Under the pieces are notes generated by a model. That model did not search any database. It was not told where the DNA came from and worked only from the letters and a program-made list of their open reading frames with translations. The translations under genes and the position numbers were made by a program. Below, piece after piece: positions 14,861 through 29,487 of a stretch of DNA of 64,000 bases; the stretch's first letter is position 1; each line of letters starts with the position of its first letter. Source of the stretch: Chrysomallon squamiferum (taxonomy: Eukaryota > Animalia > Mollusca); NCBI GenBank assembly GCA_012295275.1, contig CM022679.1, positions 4,464,001-4,528,000 of the forward strand. Reading direction: 5' to 3'.

Positions 14861-16760
14861 ATTCAGTATTGAGGGTGGTCCAAACAAGTTTAATATATAT
14901 ATATATTTATAAAATAAACATATATTTAATCGAAATCATACAGTACCGTAAAATGATAATTAATAATGTTGTTTTCACTGTAGAATGCAGGTGAACCATT
15001 AAGAGATGGTGTTAGATTGTAGCAGACACAATGAAAGCTCTGTATTAAATACAGAGATGAAAGACAGACGACTGGTTATGAAACCAGGTCCTGAAGTTTA
15101 TGTCTGAACATCAATATTTCACTTAAACACCTGGTCTTGGGTTTACAATAAGCAGGAGAACTCATTAGATATACTTCATCTGTTTTTGTTACGTGAATAA
15201 ATTGTAGTTTTATTGTTGTCTTAATATTCAGGTATTTCTAGAAATTAAAAAATAAATATATATAAAAAAAAATATTAATGATTGATACGTATGTACGTGC
15301 ATGTTCAATTAATTATTTTATTTTAGTTTATTTTATTTTATTTTATTTATTGTGTTTGTTGTTGTTACTGTCGTTATTTTAGCGGCAAAAAAAAGGTCTA
15401 CATCGATATTCCGAGAAGGCATGAATATTTATTTTCTTGACATTCGTTTTTCAGCCTTAATTATTTTACTTGAGCATTTCTCTCGGAAACGAGTTAAGAA
15501 CTTTCTCGGCCATTTGCTCGGGTAAACATTTAGAAGAACCATGACTCGTGTTGTGTTAAAATTCACGTCACGGAAAAGGTTTTACAAGATCGTTGAAAAT
15601 TGCGAAACACCACTGACCTGCACATATTTTCAAACTGCTTCTTGCAGAGACGAAAACACTAAGTCAACCACCGACTTAGAGGGGGAAAAAAAAGAAGAGA
15701 AAAAATAAAGCCAACAAGAACAAGATCGGAAATAACTGTTGGCATGCGATTTGGACATTAGCGAAGATGAAAACGCTTGATGAAAAGTCAAGGAAGAGCG
15801 TGCTGATTGAGAACCAGAGAAACATTTCTGTGACATTAGCGTCTATTTCCTGATACCAAGTTACTTAATAAACACTTTGATAGCGTAAAGCACCTTACGA
15901 TAATTCTTGTGAAGTTTAAAACAAGATTGCAAAGAATGATACTAAAATAAAATAAAAATAAGTTATGATGTGTTTAGTTCCTGCATGTGTTTAGTTTTGT
16001 GTAAATAAGTAAGCGCAAAAGACTCGTAAATAAATATGTATATCTATGCATAAAGGAATGTGTATTTATATATGTAAGTATGTATGTGTTTATCTTTCTG
16101 AATATGTGTAGATAGATAGATACATAAACAGATATATGTATATATGTGTGTGACTGAATGAATATGTGTCAGATGCAATAACAAGTTAAAAACTACATTA
16201 CAAGTGCTGAATTTCCTGTTAGTTTCGGACAATGATTATAAAAAATTAACGTACAAAGCAAATAACAGTTATTACTTAAAACCAGCTCATTCTGAACAAT
16301 ACGTCCACGAAAAACATTTTTAAACGGAAAGAACCTTGACTTGGTGAAAAACAAAAGATCAGAATGACGCCTTTGTCTTTAACAAAAAACTCACCGGATT
16401 AGAAACAACTAAGAGAGAGCTCGTGTTAGCTTCCTTCATAGGATACACTTGAAAAGTCACCAAAGTGCTGAAATATTCGCTAATGTATTTCCACTGTACC
16501 GCCGTAGATGGATGCTAGCAATGGCCGATGTTTAATTAGGCGATAAAACGCTTTTGAAATGTCGGATGCTATACGTGTTACTGCTAAGTAATCTAATTCT
16601 GTGTTGTTTATTTGTTCTCGTGGCCTTGTGAAGGTATTATGAGGAATTATTCGGCCATTTCGGATTCGTATATTTATATTAATGGCTTTTGTGAGTAACA
16701 TGGTTAAACTGAAAAGGCTGGACGTGTGGATTAAAGAATCAGTATAATACAAAAGAGAAA

Positions 16761-16852
<92 letters not shown>

Positions 16853-18488
16853 ATGTGTTAAAAAAACTAAAAAGTTCAAATAATTTCCTAATTCCATTAA
16901 ATAAAGTTCACCATTTTTGTAACCTTTTCGGGAAGCCAATTAAGTTACATGTTTATCTTTCTACAAGGAAGTTTAACAATTACGTGAACAATTTACCTGT
17001 TAACTGCGTGATTAAACTATGAGTGAATGCGCTTCTTTTTTCCTTTCTTTTTAATATTTTTTTTTTCTCCTTTCCCTTCTTCTAATCCTCACCGTCAGTC
17101 AACAGAGAAAAATAAATAAACTGATCCCTTCCATACTGTTTTCAAGAAGCATTTCATAGCGTAACGGTTAGATAATTCCTCCATAATTATTCAACTATTT
17201 ACCGTTACAACCAGCGTCTGGCAATCAACTGTAGAATGTTTCTAATGCCAGTGAGAAGATAAGTTAAATATTCCTTGTGTCAGTACTCAGTAACAGTCTT
17301 CCACATAGTTACAGCCAGGGGTAATTATAAAATAATGTAATATAAAATAAAATTATAACAGTCAGTATTATAACAGTCATCCTCTCTCTGTCTCTCTGTG
17401 TCTCTCTGTCTCCCTCTGTCTCTGTCTCTTCTCTCTCTATCTATCTCTCTTTTTCTCTCTATCTATCTATCTCTTTGTAGTAAACTGCAAATAATCTGTG
17501 TAACTGTATCGTAATAAACATGCAATACGTGCACACTTTGTTTATTATTCTGCAATATATTGTCTATATTATTATTCAGCCTAATCAACAAACCTAGTAT
17601 AGTTATAAGGATATGTTACTTTTTTTTTACCCCAGCTGTTCAAGGAAGTCGAACAATTACTCTGCCAATTTGTCTGTTAACAACATGATTAAACAATGCG
17701 TAAATAAGCCTCTTTTTTTTTTTCTTAATTTCACTGTCAATCAAAAGACAAGAAAAAACAACAAATCAAAACCCTCTGTATCATAATTATAACCCTCACA
17801 CAGTCCCGACCCTGAACACCGGTAAACCGAGAAACCGTGAACCACAGGGGGGTAAGGAAAGAATGACGTTTCATCAATCAAGTGATCTGAATGGTTAAAA
17901 AAAAAAAAAAAAATCCCGTTAACCTTAGCTAAACAAAGATGCAAGACAAAGTATGGATATTCAAGACAGCATTAGCCTACATTTTTGTCCAAGGAATCAA
18001 TAGTCAACGTTACTTGTTCTTCTTTCAAATTATTTTTACTGCCCATCTTGCACTTCTGTTGTCGACTTTTCTGGCGTGTGTTTAAGTTTTTGTCGATGTT
18101 ACTGATAAAATGTGATCATTCGAGAAGAAGAGACAGACAGACAGGCAGACAGGCAGACGAATTTAAAGACATTATCACACGTGTTAGACATACAAACAAT
18201 GAATGAATTGCTTCGTGATACGTCAGTGAATACAAATGAATTGATTACGTTTTGTGTTAACAAAAGACTCGAAAGCACAAAGGAACATACAAGAAAAAAG
18301 AAAGAAGTTTAGATGGATGTATTATTAGTTACGTCCGATAAGTCAATATTGATGACTGATGATATGATGATGATAACGATGTGATAACAGTAATAATAAT
18401 AACAATGATGATGATTTTAATAATAGTTTGTATAATAATGACGATGATGATAATGATGTTGATGATTATAATTTAAAAAATGTCGTGT

Positions 18489-18638
18489 TCATATTATATG
18501 CGCAGGATAATTCGTATGATAATGTGCTTTGATTTCAGTGTTATTTAGACATTGTTCAAATTCTGTAATATTCTTGAAGCAAATCCCTGCCTTTCCAGTC
18601 TCTTCCCCCAGCTTATGTATAATTTAACACAGAAGTTT
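18489..18638 (-). mobile_element. Possible relic of a non-LTR retrotransposon ORF2 C-terminus
   Basis: Minus frame KLLC*IIHKLGEETGKAGICFKNITEFEQCLNNTEIKAHYHTNYPAH resembles the HxLxIETGR...CxxC...HxxxxCP motif at the end of many LINE ORF2s. It is degenerate and has an in-frame stop. Confidence 0.35.
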
Positions 18639-20313
18639 ATGATGTACATGTTTGTACATTACTGATTTAAAAACAGCATTATTTTTAGCACAATTCCCTT
18701 TCTTCACTTTTGTATTCTAACGAATGTGCATGTTTCGTGTATTTATGATTGTATTATTTATAATTATTTGATTTAAACTCCAACACAGTTTTTCAAAGTC
18801 TTCTAAAAGGTTTTTTTTTTTTCTCCATTCTGTTGCATATACATGCTGAATATATACGCATGTGTATCTTACTGTTGTTCAAATTTGATTTAAAATTCGC
18901 TACAATCCTTGGTTGTATTCCCATGGACTTACAAACCGTTCTACTGCGTCATACTGTATTCAGCATGCAGGTTTAATGGGCCTGTGTTTGTATATATCAA
19001 TGTCGTTTAAGTCTAATTCAAACCCCTGATGAATTGCTTGCAATATTTCTGAATGTCTTCTAACCCCAGTCTAATTCATATTCAATACAGGAGACTGACT
19101 TTATTATTCTGAAGATTTTTAAATATTCCAGTGGATGATTTTGTTAAAAAAAAAAAAATACCCCCCCCCCCAAATAAAAAAAAAACTTCTCTTGCTTATA
19201 GATCGTTAATGTAAAAACCAACAGAAATCAGACAGGTTGAATTCTTGGAAAGAAAAAGAAGGTTTTTTTTACTCAATTTAAATTTCCCAAGAGAAGATCT
19301 GTGAAAAAAAAAATTCATCATTTTGAATTAAGGATCTTCTCAGACGACTGCAATGAAAATGGAGTTTTGTGGTAAGATTAGTTTTCTGATATTCTTATTA
19401 CTGTTTATTTGTGTGGACTGGGTTTACTTTTTTTCTGTCTGTCTCAATCTGTCTCGATCTCTCTCTATCTGTCTGTCTTTCTGTCCCTTTCTCTCTCTTA
19501 ATATCTCTCTCATTGTCTGTCCATTTCTCTATCTTCTCTTGATTTGGGAATCTAGATATTTATCTGCCTACATATATATATAGCATGCTAGCTTTCTCTA
19601 CATCTATCTATCAATCTATCTACGTATCTTTCAGTTCTATCTGCCTACCTATCTGTCTATCTATCAATCTATCTATCTGTCTGTCTGTCTATCTGCCTAA
19701 CAATCGTCCATGTTACAATCTATTTTCAAATATTTATCTAGTAATTTAATTTCTTTCTTTATTTTTACTTGACACGATCTTTTGGTATTTTTTTTTTTTC
19801 ACTTCCCTTCCTCTCTATCTGTCTGTCTGTGTGTCTGTCTGACTTGCTCTCTTTCTCCTTGATGAATAAGTCTAGAAAATCCAACCACCCCAGAACAAAG
19901 ACACAATCACGCCGAACCTTCACACCAAAGAGATACGTCGGAGTCCGCGCCGGAGAGATGATGCTGCCGGATCAGTGATGATGTCGCATGTCGTGCAAAT
20001 TAAAGAAATTGATGTTTTGTTAATGAGCCGTCCCAGACGGTGTTTCATCAACGGCAGGCGTAAGGGTCGGACATGTGGATGTTGTCAGATGTCGATCCAG
20101 AGGTGACAGACGTGGAACTGATTGTTTTTGTTGTTGTGTTTACTTCTTTTTTTTTTTGTGGTTTTTTTGGGGGGGTTTTTTTTTTTTTTTTTTTTTTTTT
20201 TTCATTATTGATTTATTATTATTATTATCATTAGTTTCATTGATTTTTTATTATTATTTAATTTTTTTATTAGTGAGTTTTTTTATTATTATTTAATTTT
20301 TTTATTATTGATA

Positions 20314-20344
<31 letters not shown>

Positions 20345-22836
20345 TATTATATATATATAAATGATGATATAACCAATGTAATATATTTATAATTGTTTTA
20401 AATTATAATTTTAAAAAATATATTTTGAGAATCTTTCCATGGTCAGTTACAGTGTATTAGCAAGCAAGTGAATTTTATATATTACCTACCCATTATTAGG
20501 AAAAACATACATGTGTTATATTAAATATGCAGTGGGGCGAGGATGGAACTGTGTGGGCAGTGATTTGTTCTCTCACCAGTGAATTGTATTCTGATGAATA
20601 AAATAATAATGAAAAAAAATGTGGCGCAAACTGGAATATTAAGAAAAAAGATGTTTGGAAAATGTAATTTCATCAATTTGCATAAAAAAAAACACATCAT
20701 GTAAATCGAAATCTGTTCTGATTGAAAGTGAAAAACGTATAAAAACGTTTGTCGAATTTAATATTTTATTATTTAATAAAATGTTTCGTTATTAATTTTA
20801 CCTGAAAGTGTTTTCGCTATTATTCAATAAACAGAAAGAAATGTCGAAAGGGAATTTAACCTGCAAATGTTTGTTTTTCTTTCGTTAGTAATTTGTTATT
20901 GTCATTATAACTGAGTATTATTGTGATCATCATTATCACTGTCAACATTATAACCATCATCGATAGTATTACTATTATTATCATTATCATTAGCATTATT
21001 ATTATTATTATCATCATCATCATCATTATTATTATTGTTGTTTGTTGCTGTTGTTATTGTTTTGTTGTTACTATTATTATTATTATCATCATTATTATTA
21101 TTATTGTTGTTTTTGTTGCTGTTGTTTGTTGTTGTTATCAGTATTATTATTGTTGTTTGTTGTTGTTGTTGTTATTATCATTATCATCATTATTATTATT
21201 TGTTGTTGCTATTATTATCATTATCATCATTATTATTATTTGTTGTTATTGTTGATGTTATTATTATTATTATTATTTATATTAAATGTTTGTTGTTTGT
21301 TCTTCAAATGTGCACATGTAAGCGTTTGTTCTTGTTTATTCTTTAAAATGTGAGTGTTTATGTGCGTGCGATTCAGAAAACCAAAATTTAAAAAAAAAAT
21401 TCGTTAACAAACGTATTTCTGTCCACTTTATCACCATGCATTGTTTTCATTGCATTTTCTACAAGAGTTTCAAAATCACTGTTTAATTACTCTACCCAGA
21501 CTTTTTTTTTCTCAAAAATCAACAAAATTTCCGAGATCTTAAGTGACATTATATAAGTCACTTTGTGAAGAGGTTTTACAATGCAATTACAATTTTATTG
21601 TCCTCTGTTCTAGTGAGATAAAAAAAAAAAAAAAATAATATTAAAATAAAAACGTCAAAAATAAATCACAGCTCTCTCGCAAATGTTAACTGAGCTCGTA
21701 ATATGATACCGTGGTTGATAAATCGTTGTCTACTTAGTAACGATATTTGGTTCTGTTCATGACTGTGTGGACTGACAAATTACTCTGTGTTTAATATAAA
21801 AGGATGATGCCGTTTACGACAAGACGACCGGGAAGGATTTGATATTTAATAAAGAACTGTGATGTCGTTAACACTTTTTGTACGTGTGTGCGGTTGACTA
21901 CGTTTACGTGTGTAAGCGTGTGTGTATGTGTGTGTGTGTATGTGTGTGTGTGTGTATTTGTCTGTCAGAGCTAGGAAAAGAGTACGTAAGAGACCGTGAT
22001 AGTGTTTCATGTGTGTATGTTTGTATGTAGGAAATAATGAAAATGTGAGTAAAACCAGAGACACAGACATACAGACAGAGAGACAGAGACATAGCGAGAT
22101 AAAGTGAAAGAACAAGAGAGAATGAGAAACAGTTTGCTTTGGCGCTTTCTTTAGCATACTTATGTGTGTGTCTGTGTGTGTTTGTGTGTGTGTGTGTGTG
22201 CGTATATATGTATATGGCTACATGTATATGTCTATACATACATACATACAGCCATATACATATCGGTTAAATATAAAGATAGAGCTCTCTTAATCAATAT
22301 AATTTTCACGCTGATATGAAAACCTCTGTAAAATCCCCCGTGGACTGCGGAGTGTCTAAGACAGAGTGATTGTGTTACGACCGTGTGTCTGAGTTACACA
22401 CTGTCTGCAGGACTCGCAGAACAAGAACAGGTGAACCAGACCGACTGCTGAAGTAAAACAGACATTAGAAACAATAAGCATCTACGTTAAAAAAACGTTT
22501 AAATCAAGTTTCTGATGGTTCACACGGTGCTGAAAGTGACGGATACACGGGATGGATGGATGGGTGGATGGTTATACGGATGCACAGACAGTCGAAGACG
22601 CTGAATGAAAGATGACGAGTTATAAAAGATGAAGGATTAACAGAGACAGAGAGATAGGTGCTTGCATGAATAGGTGGATGAATGGAAAAACAGACAGACT
22701 GACAGATAAGAAGAGACTGACTGACTTAGATACAAACGTACATACATACATACTTACACACGGACTGACACGCACTGGCACACATACACAGACACACACA
22801 CACAATACTGGTAAATACAAACATAGATAAACAGAA

Positions 22837-22979
<143 letters not shown>

Positions 22980-24373
22980 CATAAAAGTAATAGTTTATAT
23001 GTTGCTGATCGCGTGACAATGTATTTTATTCGCAGAACTGTTTTGATCCTGAAATAACTAATAACTACAGCGATGCACATTATCATCGTCTTAACTTCAG
23101 AAATTTGAAACAAAATAGATCAAAGTCATAACGTAGGATATAAACGTAATCTTAAATTTACGAATAACCGTAGATCAAAGTCCTGACATACAGACAACCA
23201 TTTACGTGCGTCGTAAACAGAGAATTACGAAAAGAGCCAAAGCCATAACTTGTGGACATTGACGTTATTTTAAATGAAGAGTTACAGAAAATGTCAGTGC
23301 TCCAAAGATAAAGAAATTATCTTGGAAATGGAGTGTTTTAATAGTTAAAAAAAGAAAAAAGAGGAAGGGATAAGGAAATTAAAAACAAAAAAAAAACTGA
23401 TAAGGAAAAAATAAATTTGAAAGAACGAAGAGTGGAAAAAGACAAAGGAATGAACTGAGAAGGAAAGAATAAAAAAAATGAAAGAACTGACACAAATAGA
23501 AAGAAGAACGACCGAAACAAAGAAACGAGAAGGAAAGAAAAAATGGAAAAAAACAAAGAAGACAGGAAGAACGAATAAATGAAACAAATACGGAAAGTGA
23601 ATAAAACAAGAAATCAATGAATGTGAAGGAAAGACTGAACGAATAAAGACAGGTGGATAGAAAAAGAGAAAAACTGATTTACTAGTACAACAAAATAAAC
23701 CATGACGAAACGAAATGTAAAATTTAAATAAAAGTTAACAATGGAAATGGAAACAATAAAAGTGTCTGAGTATATTTTAAGGATTCAGCAACTGTCTGCT
23801 TTAGTCATTATAAATTAATAAATAAAATTCGTTAAACTGCTTTTGCAAAAAACAGCGTAATTACGAATCCTCTCTTCTATTCAATATAGGAATGAATAAA
23901 ATGTTTGACGAATGGAAATAGTCCTCCACTTTAACCACTAAGCTGTAACCTGCCTTCCCTATTATAATAAATCATTGTTATGCAAAAGCATGACAACAGC
24001 TAATAAATAATCACTTTACGAAAATCAGCTGTAGTTTAGCACTGAACACTTACCTTTAATGTGACTCTAATGCTTTAAGAAAACAATTAACACTTTAAAT
24101 TCGGCTTCCGACACTGACAAATCATGTTTCTGTCTAATCTTCTCCAGAAATTCACACTGCAGTTTCGCTGATTACTGTCGTATTGTTTCAATATACAATT
24201 AAACACACACGAAATATTTCCGAATTGATCAAAACATACGTTAGACGTATTAATTGATTCCTGCAATACGTTATGTCCGACGCTTAAAAGCGTACGTCGA
24301 AAACCAGACGTTGCTGTCGTGTTTATGCTCAACACGCTTTAATGTGGGAGAAAGCTGCCGTTTGGCTGGAATT

Positions 24374-25044
24374 ACTGTGTGTTTAGAACCACGCGAATCA
24401 CTGTATGTTTAGAACAACGCGAATCATTGACGCGAATCAATATGAATGTTTAGAACACCCTAATAAATGAATGTTTGAACAACGCGAATCATGTGTTTAG
24501 AATTACCCGAATAAATGAATGTTTAGAACTGCGCAAATCACTGAGTGTTTAGAACAACGCGAATCGCTGATTGTTTAGAACAACGCGAATCATTATATTG
24601 TTAGAACAACGCGAAACACTGAATGTTTAGAACAACCCGAATCACTGTATGTTTAGAACAACGCGAACTACTGTATGTTTAAAAAGACACGATAACTGAA
24701 TGTTTTGAATGATACGAAGAACTGTTTAAAAAGACACGATAACTGAATGTTTCGAACGATACGAATCGACCTATCTTTAGAACAAGGTGAACTGACCTAT
24801 CTTTAGAACAACGTGAACTGACCTATCTTTAGAACAACGTGAACTCCTATCTTTAGAACAACGTCAACTGACCTGTCTTTAGAACAACGTCAACTGACCT
24901 ATCTTTAGAACGATGTGGACTAATATGCTTAGAACAACACGAACAACACGTTGGAACGACGTGAATTGCTGTATGTTCTGAACCACACGAACGGCAGTAT
25001 GTTCAGAACGACGTGAACTTACGTATGTTTAGAACGTCGCGAAC
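24374..25044 (+). repeat. 26-bp minisatellite, about 25 degenerate copies
   Basis: Unit gtttagaacaacgcgaatcactgtat on the left shifts to ctttagaacaacgtgaactgacctat at about 24770-24910. Confidence 0.95.
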
Positions 25045-25505
25045 CTACCAGTCGTAATTAGTAAATGCACACCAGGCAATTGCTTATAGCAACAATTTGC
25101 AAAGATTTAAAATTTCTCTCCAAAGGTTATTCCGCACGTGTCGGATGTCTGTGGGATCAGCAAATTACTTTCCTTTGCAAATTGGATTAGCGATATAAAT
25201 TTCGTAGATACTTAGTGTCTTTCGTCTGTATTATTTATCCCTACAGGACAAAAACATATTGTGACTGTATTGATCTGAGACGAAAAACCCACGTGAAGGT
25301 CGTGAAGGCAGAGTTTTTAAACACGTTACCCGTCCTGTCAAGGAAGACCGTCTGCATTAGAGAGTGATCAAGAGCTTTTAACACTTAGGAAGAAAAAAAA
25401 AGAGAAGAAGACTGAATTAGCGTCAAGGACATCTAAAACTACTTTAGTGTGTTTTGTTAGGTTCTTCCAATTTTTAAACAGGATTAGAATACATTGATAG
25501 TATTT

Positions 25506-25538
<33 letters not shown>

Positions 25539-25630
25539 AAATTTTTTTCTCTTTTGTTGTTGATGTTGTTGTTGTTGTTTTGTTTGGTTGGATTTCTTGT
25601 GTGCTTTTTTATATATTATATTATTTTTGT

Positions 25631-25666
<36 letters not shown>

Positions 25667-25761
25667 CTTATTTATTTGTTGTTATATTCATTCATAATAC
25701 ACTGATAAAAATCATTACTTACAATACCTAAATTCAAGTAAAACAAAATCTCATACAACTG

Positions 25762-25878
25762 TTTAGTTTTATATAACGCATTTGTTTTATATAATACATT
25801 TGTTTTATATAACACATTTGTTTTATATAACACATTTGTTTTATATAACACATTTGTTTAATATAGCACGTTTGTTTT
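25762..25878 (+). repeat. 18-bp tandem repeat, about 6 copies
   Basis: tttgttttatataacaca repeated. Confidence 0.92.
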
Positions 25879-26083
25879 CACTGTGTGCACTGAATTACAA
25901 CTTTTTCTAAACATTACAAAACAATCTGGTTTGGAATCTCTGAAACGTCAAATCGCTTATTGTTCTAGAGGTGAACATTTTCACGTCCTGATAAGTAAAC
26001 ACTTTTGACAACTGGCAATATACTGGGTCCGAATCCATATGACAAATCTAGTGTAAATAATAATAATAATAATAATATTAATG

Positions 26084-26132
26084 TCAAATACCCTGGTGAG
26101 ATTCAGAAGTCTAGGGCACGCATTGTTATATT
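26084..26132 (+). repeat. Short dispersed repeat, copy 1 (copy 2 at 56603-56650)
   Basis: tcaaataccctggtgagattcagaagtctagggcacgcattgttatatt vs tcaaataactggtgagattcacaagtctgtggcacgcattgttatgtt. Both follow AAT/AAC-type repeats. Confidence 0.85.
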
Positions 26133-26141
26133 AAATAAACA

Positions 26142-26175
<34 letters not shown>

Positions 26176-27497
26176 GAAGAAGAAGAAGAAGCATGATGAT
26201 AAAGATGATGATTATGATGACGACGACAACAACAACAACAACAACAACAACACAATACTTAAATTCCCTTCCAGTTCAAACCTATTTAACGGCTTCCTGA
26301 TAACAAACGATATGACAGACATTTTCAATAAACTGTCATTCTAACTAACACGAACTGAGGATTTCAGAACGTATATAAACTGAGTTCACATCGTCATAAT
26401 GTGTCTTTAGCTCGGCTAACCTGAAAACAGAGAGACAGTAATATCTATAATTTCAAACTGACCGTCGTGGCAACCATTTCAGTTTTCTGACGTATCACAT
26501 TAATATTATTACAACTATCGACTGAAAGTGTAGCTCTGAGGCAAGTTCGCACTGGTTCATAAACCTGTTTTATTAAGTAGTTATTACTATTATTAGAAAA
26601 AAAAAGTAAATGCGTAATTATCACTGTCTGCTTTTATATATTTATACCTGTGTATGTGTATATATATGTATGTACGTATGTGTGTGTGCGTGTGTGCATG
26701 AATTTGTTTATGTATGTGTGAATGAATGTATTTATATATGAATGTATGTTTATGTGTATTCGTATGTATGTGTGGGTAAAATATGTCTGTGAATTTATGC
26801 ATATTTGTATTTTGCATGTATGAATGTACGTATGTATATATATATGTGTGTAGCTAGGTAGGTAGATATATATGCAGGCATGCATGTATGTATGTATATT
26901 TGCGTGTATGTATCACATGTCTGATTTCAAGCGTAAGAAATACATACGGTTTATAATAAAACGGATCAAACAACTGAACACAAAATATCGAGAAAACAGA
27001 CAATCGTTTTTACACCTATCAAAAAAAAATAATAATAAAATAAAATATCAAAATAACAAAAGAACATTTACTTTTAAAAATAAGACTTTAACAGGAACAA
27101 ACTGAAAGAAACCCCGCCCCCCAATTACCACAGTATTCAGAGACGATGCGTAATGTTGTGGCGTTGCAATAATGTCAACATCTCTGGAAAAGTGTCGGTT
27201 AATATAAACATCAGTGCACACTGTAACTAAATGTGTTTCCAAAGCAATTCAAGGTTCTATTATCTTGACAATGTGTCGTTTATACGAGACCATTTTGTTG
27301 AGAAGAAAAAAACGAAGTGGAAATACGTTTAGCGTGAAACAATTATATTTTTATGAATTTTTATAAATTCGTTTTGTGGACACATCCATTAGGTTCTGTC
27401 TTTCAAAAGTAAACAATGTTTTTTAAAATAAATTGAACTGTTCATTTTAGAATAAAAAAATAAATAAATATGTATTACAAATAGATAGATAGATAGA

Positions 27498-27536
<39 letters not shown>

Positions 27537-28120
27537 ACAAACAAATAAACAAACAAATAAATAAATAAACAAACAAACAAACAAACAAATAAATAAATAT
27601 AAATAAATAAATCTATAAATATATAAATAATACATAAATAAATAATATATAAATAATATATAAATCAATAAATAAATAAACAAACAAACAATTAAATAAA
27701 TAAATAAATAAATAATTGTTTATAAATTCATACTATTAAAATATTTGTTTCTATGTTTTACATGGAAGTAAGGATTTAAAGAAGAATGTATTCGCTATTA
27801 CAGAAAGACGATTCATGAATGCACACTGCTAAACGCTTATGTTTTTTACTGAAAAAGAACTAGTACCGTCATTTAATGACCTCGAATCTTTTTACTGTGA
27901 TGTTAACAGACATTATTAGCACATACAGTTATCATCTTTCTGATTATTGTATTTGAATTTATTTTATATCAAAACAAATCAAAGATAAAGTTATCTCAGT
28001 ATTATGCATGTGATTCGTGGAACTACTTTTTACCAAAAAAAATTTCTTTGACATTCATGCTGTCTTTATTTTATATTCAGTGTATTTGTTTGTATGTATG
28101 TATGTATGTATATATGTTTG

Positions 28121-28154
<34 letters not shown>

Positions 28155-28420
28155 TGTATGTATGTATGTATGTATGTATGTATGTATATAGGTATGTATG
28201 TATATATATGTTTGTGTGTGTTTATATGTGTATATATGTGAGTGTGTGCGTGTGTCTCTACACGTGTGTGTATATATATCTATATATGTATATGCAAAAT
28301 GAAAAGACAGATATAGCAATGGTAAACACGCACATGACAAATAAACGAATGACAATGTGATTTACAAAATGTATTTACTCTGTAGTCACTCATCACAAAA
28401 ATATATATTAAAATATATAT

Positions 28421-28524
<104 letters not shown>

Positions 28525-29080
28525 AACAAAAAACATCAGACAACCCAGCAGTTGATAAAATATATAACACTAACCTTAAAATTTAGTTAAATCTCCAGCC
28601 AGTTTTAAATCTCTTCTCAAGCGTAGAAATTCTGTTCTACACACGTTTAGCTAACTCGCACATAATATATCAACACACAACTTCCTGGTCCTTCTCTTAA
28701 TTCAGACGCCGTATACACCCCCAGCGACTATAATCATAAAGTGAAATAGGTGTTCATTGTTTCATAGACAAATCGTTGATGGCTGAAATTCCCTCACCGT
28801 TCCGGCCGCTTCAACTAATCGATCGTTTGATTTGAAGACGATAGGAAATAGAAGAGAGAGAGAGAGATGTCACACATCAAAACGAATAATTACTAATTAA
28901 TCATCGATAACTCTGAATAAATCAACGAAGAGTACGGATCACTGAACAATCATCGACTTGCAAAATCATGCTGACAGAAAGGGAAGAAAATAACATCTGT
29001 TCTGACGAATGCTAATGGACGATTGGTAAGAAGATATTTTTTGGATAATGGAAAAGATTAGCGCATTGGATCAATGGGTG

Positions 29081-29487
29081 GATAGATAGATAGAGGTACA
29101 TCGAGTGGGCATATGGATAGATAGATAGAGGTACATCGAGTGGACATATAGATAGATAGATAGAGGTATATCGAGTGGACATATGGATAGATAGATGGAG
29201 GTACATCTAGTAGACATATGGATAGATAGATAGAGGTACATCGAGTGGACATATAGATAGATAGATGGAGGTACATCGAGTGGACATATAGATAGATAGA
29301 TAGATAGATAGAGGTACATCGAGTGGACATATGGATAGATAGATAGAGGTACATCGAGTGGACATATAGATAGATAGAGGTACATCGAGTGGACATATAG
29401 ATAGAGAGATAGAGGTACATCGAGTGGACATATAGATAGATAGATAGAGGTACATCGAGTGGACATGTAGATAGATAGAGGTACATC
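29081..29487 (+). repeat. Compound minisatellite: gaggtacatcgagtggacata core separated by (GATA)n; about 12 copies, modal unit 35 bp
   Basis: The core recurs at 31-43 bp spacing, and the length variation comes from the number of GATA units. Confidence 0.95.

Noticed and set aside
19975-20121. C/D-box snoRNA-like gtgatga...ctga
   Set aside because: There is no convincing terminal stem, no recognisable rRNA antisense element and no identified host gene.
29081-29487. CRISPR-like repeat/spacer appearance (also considered for 24374-25044)
   Set aside because: The spacers are GATA repeats rather than unique sequences, no cas genes are present, and the DNA is eukaryotic.
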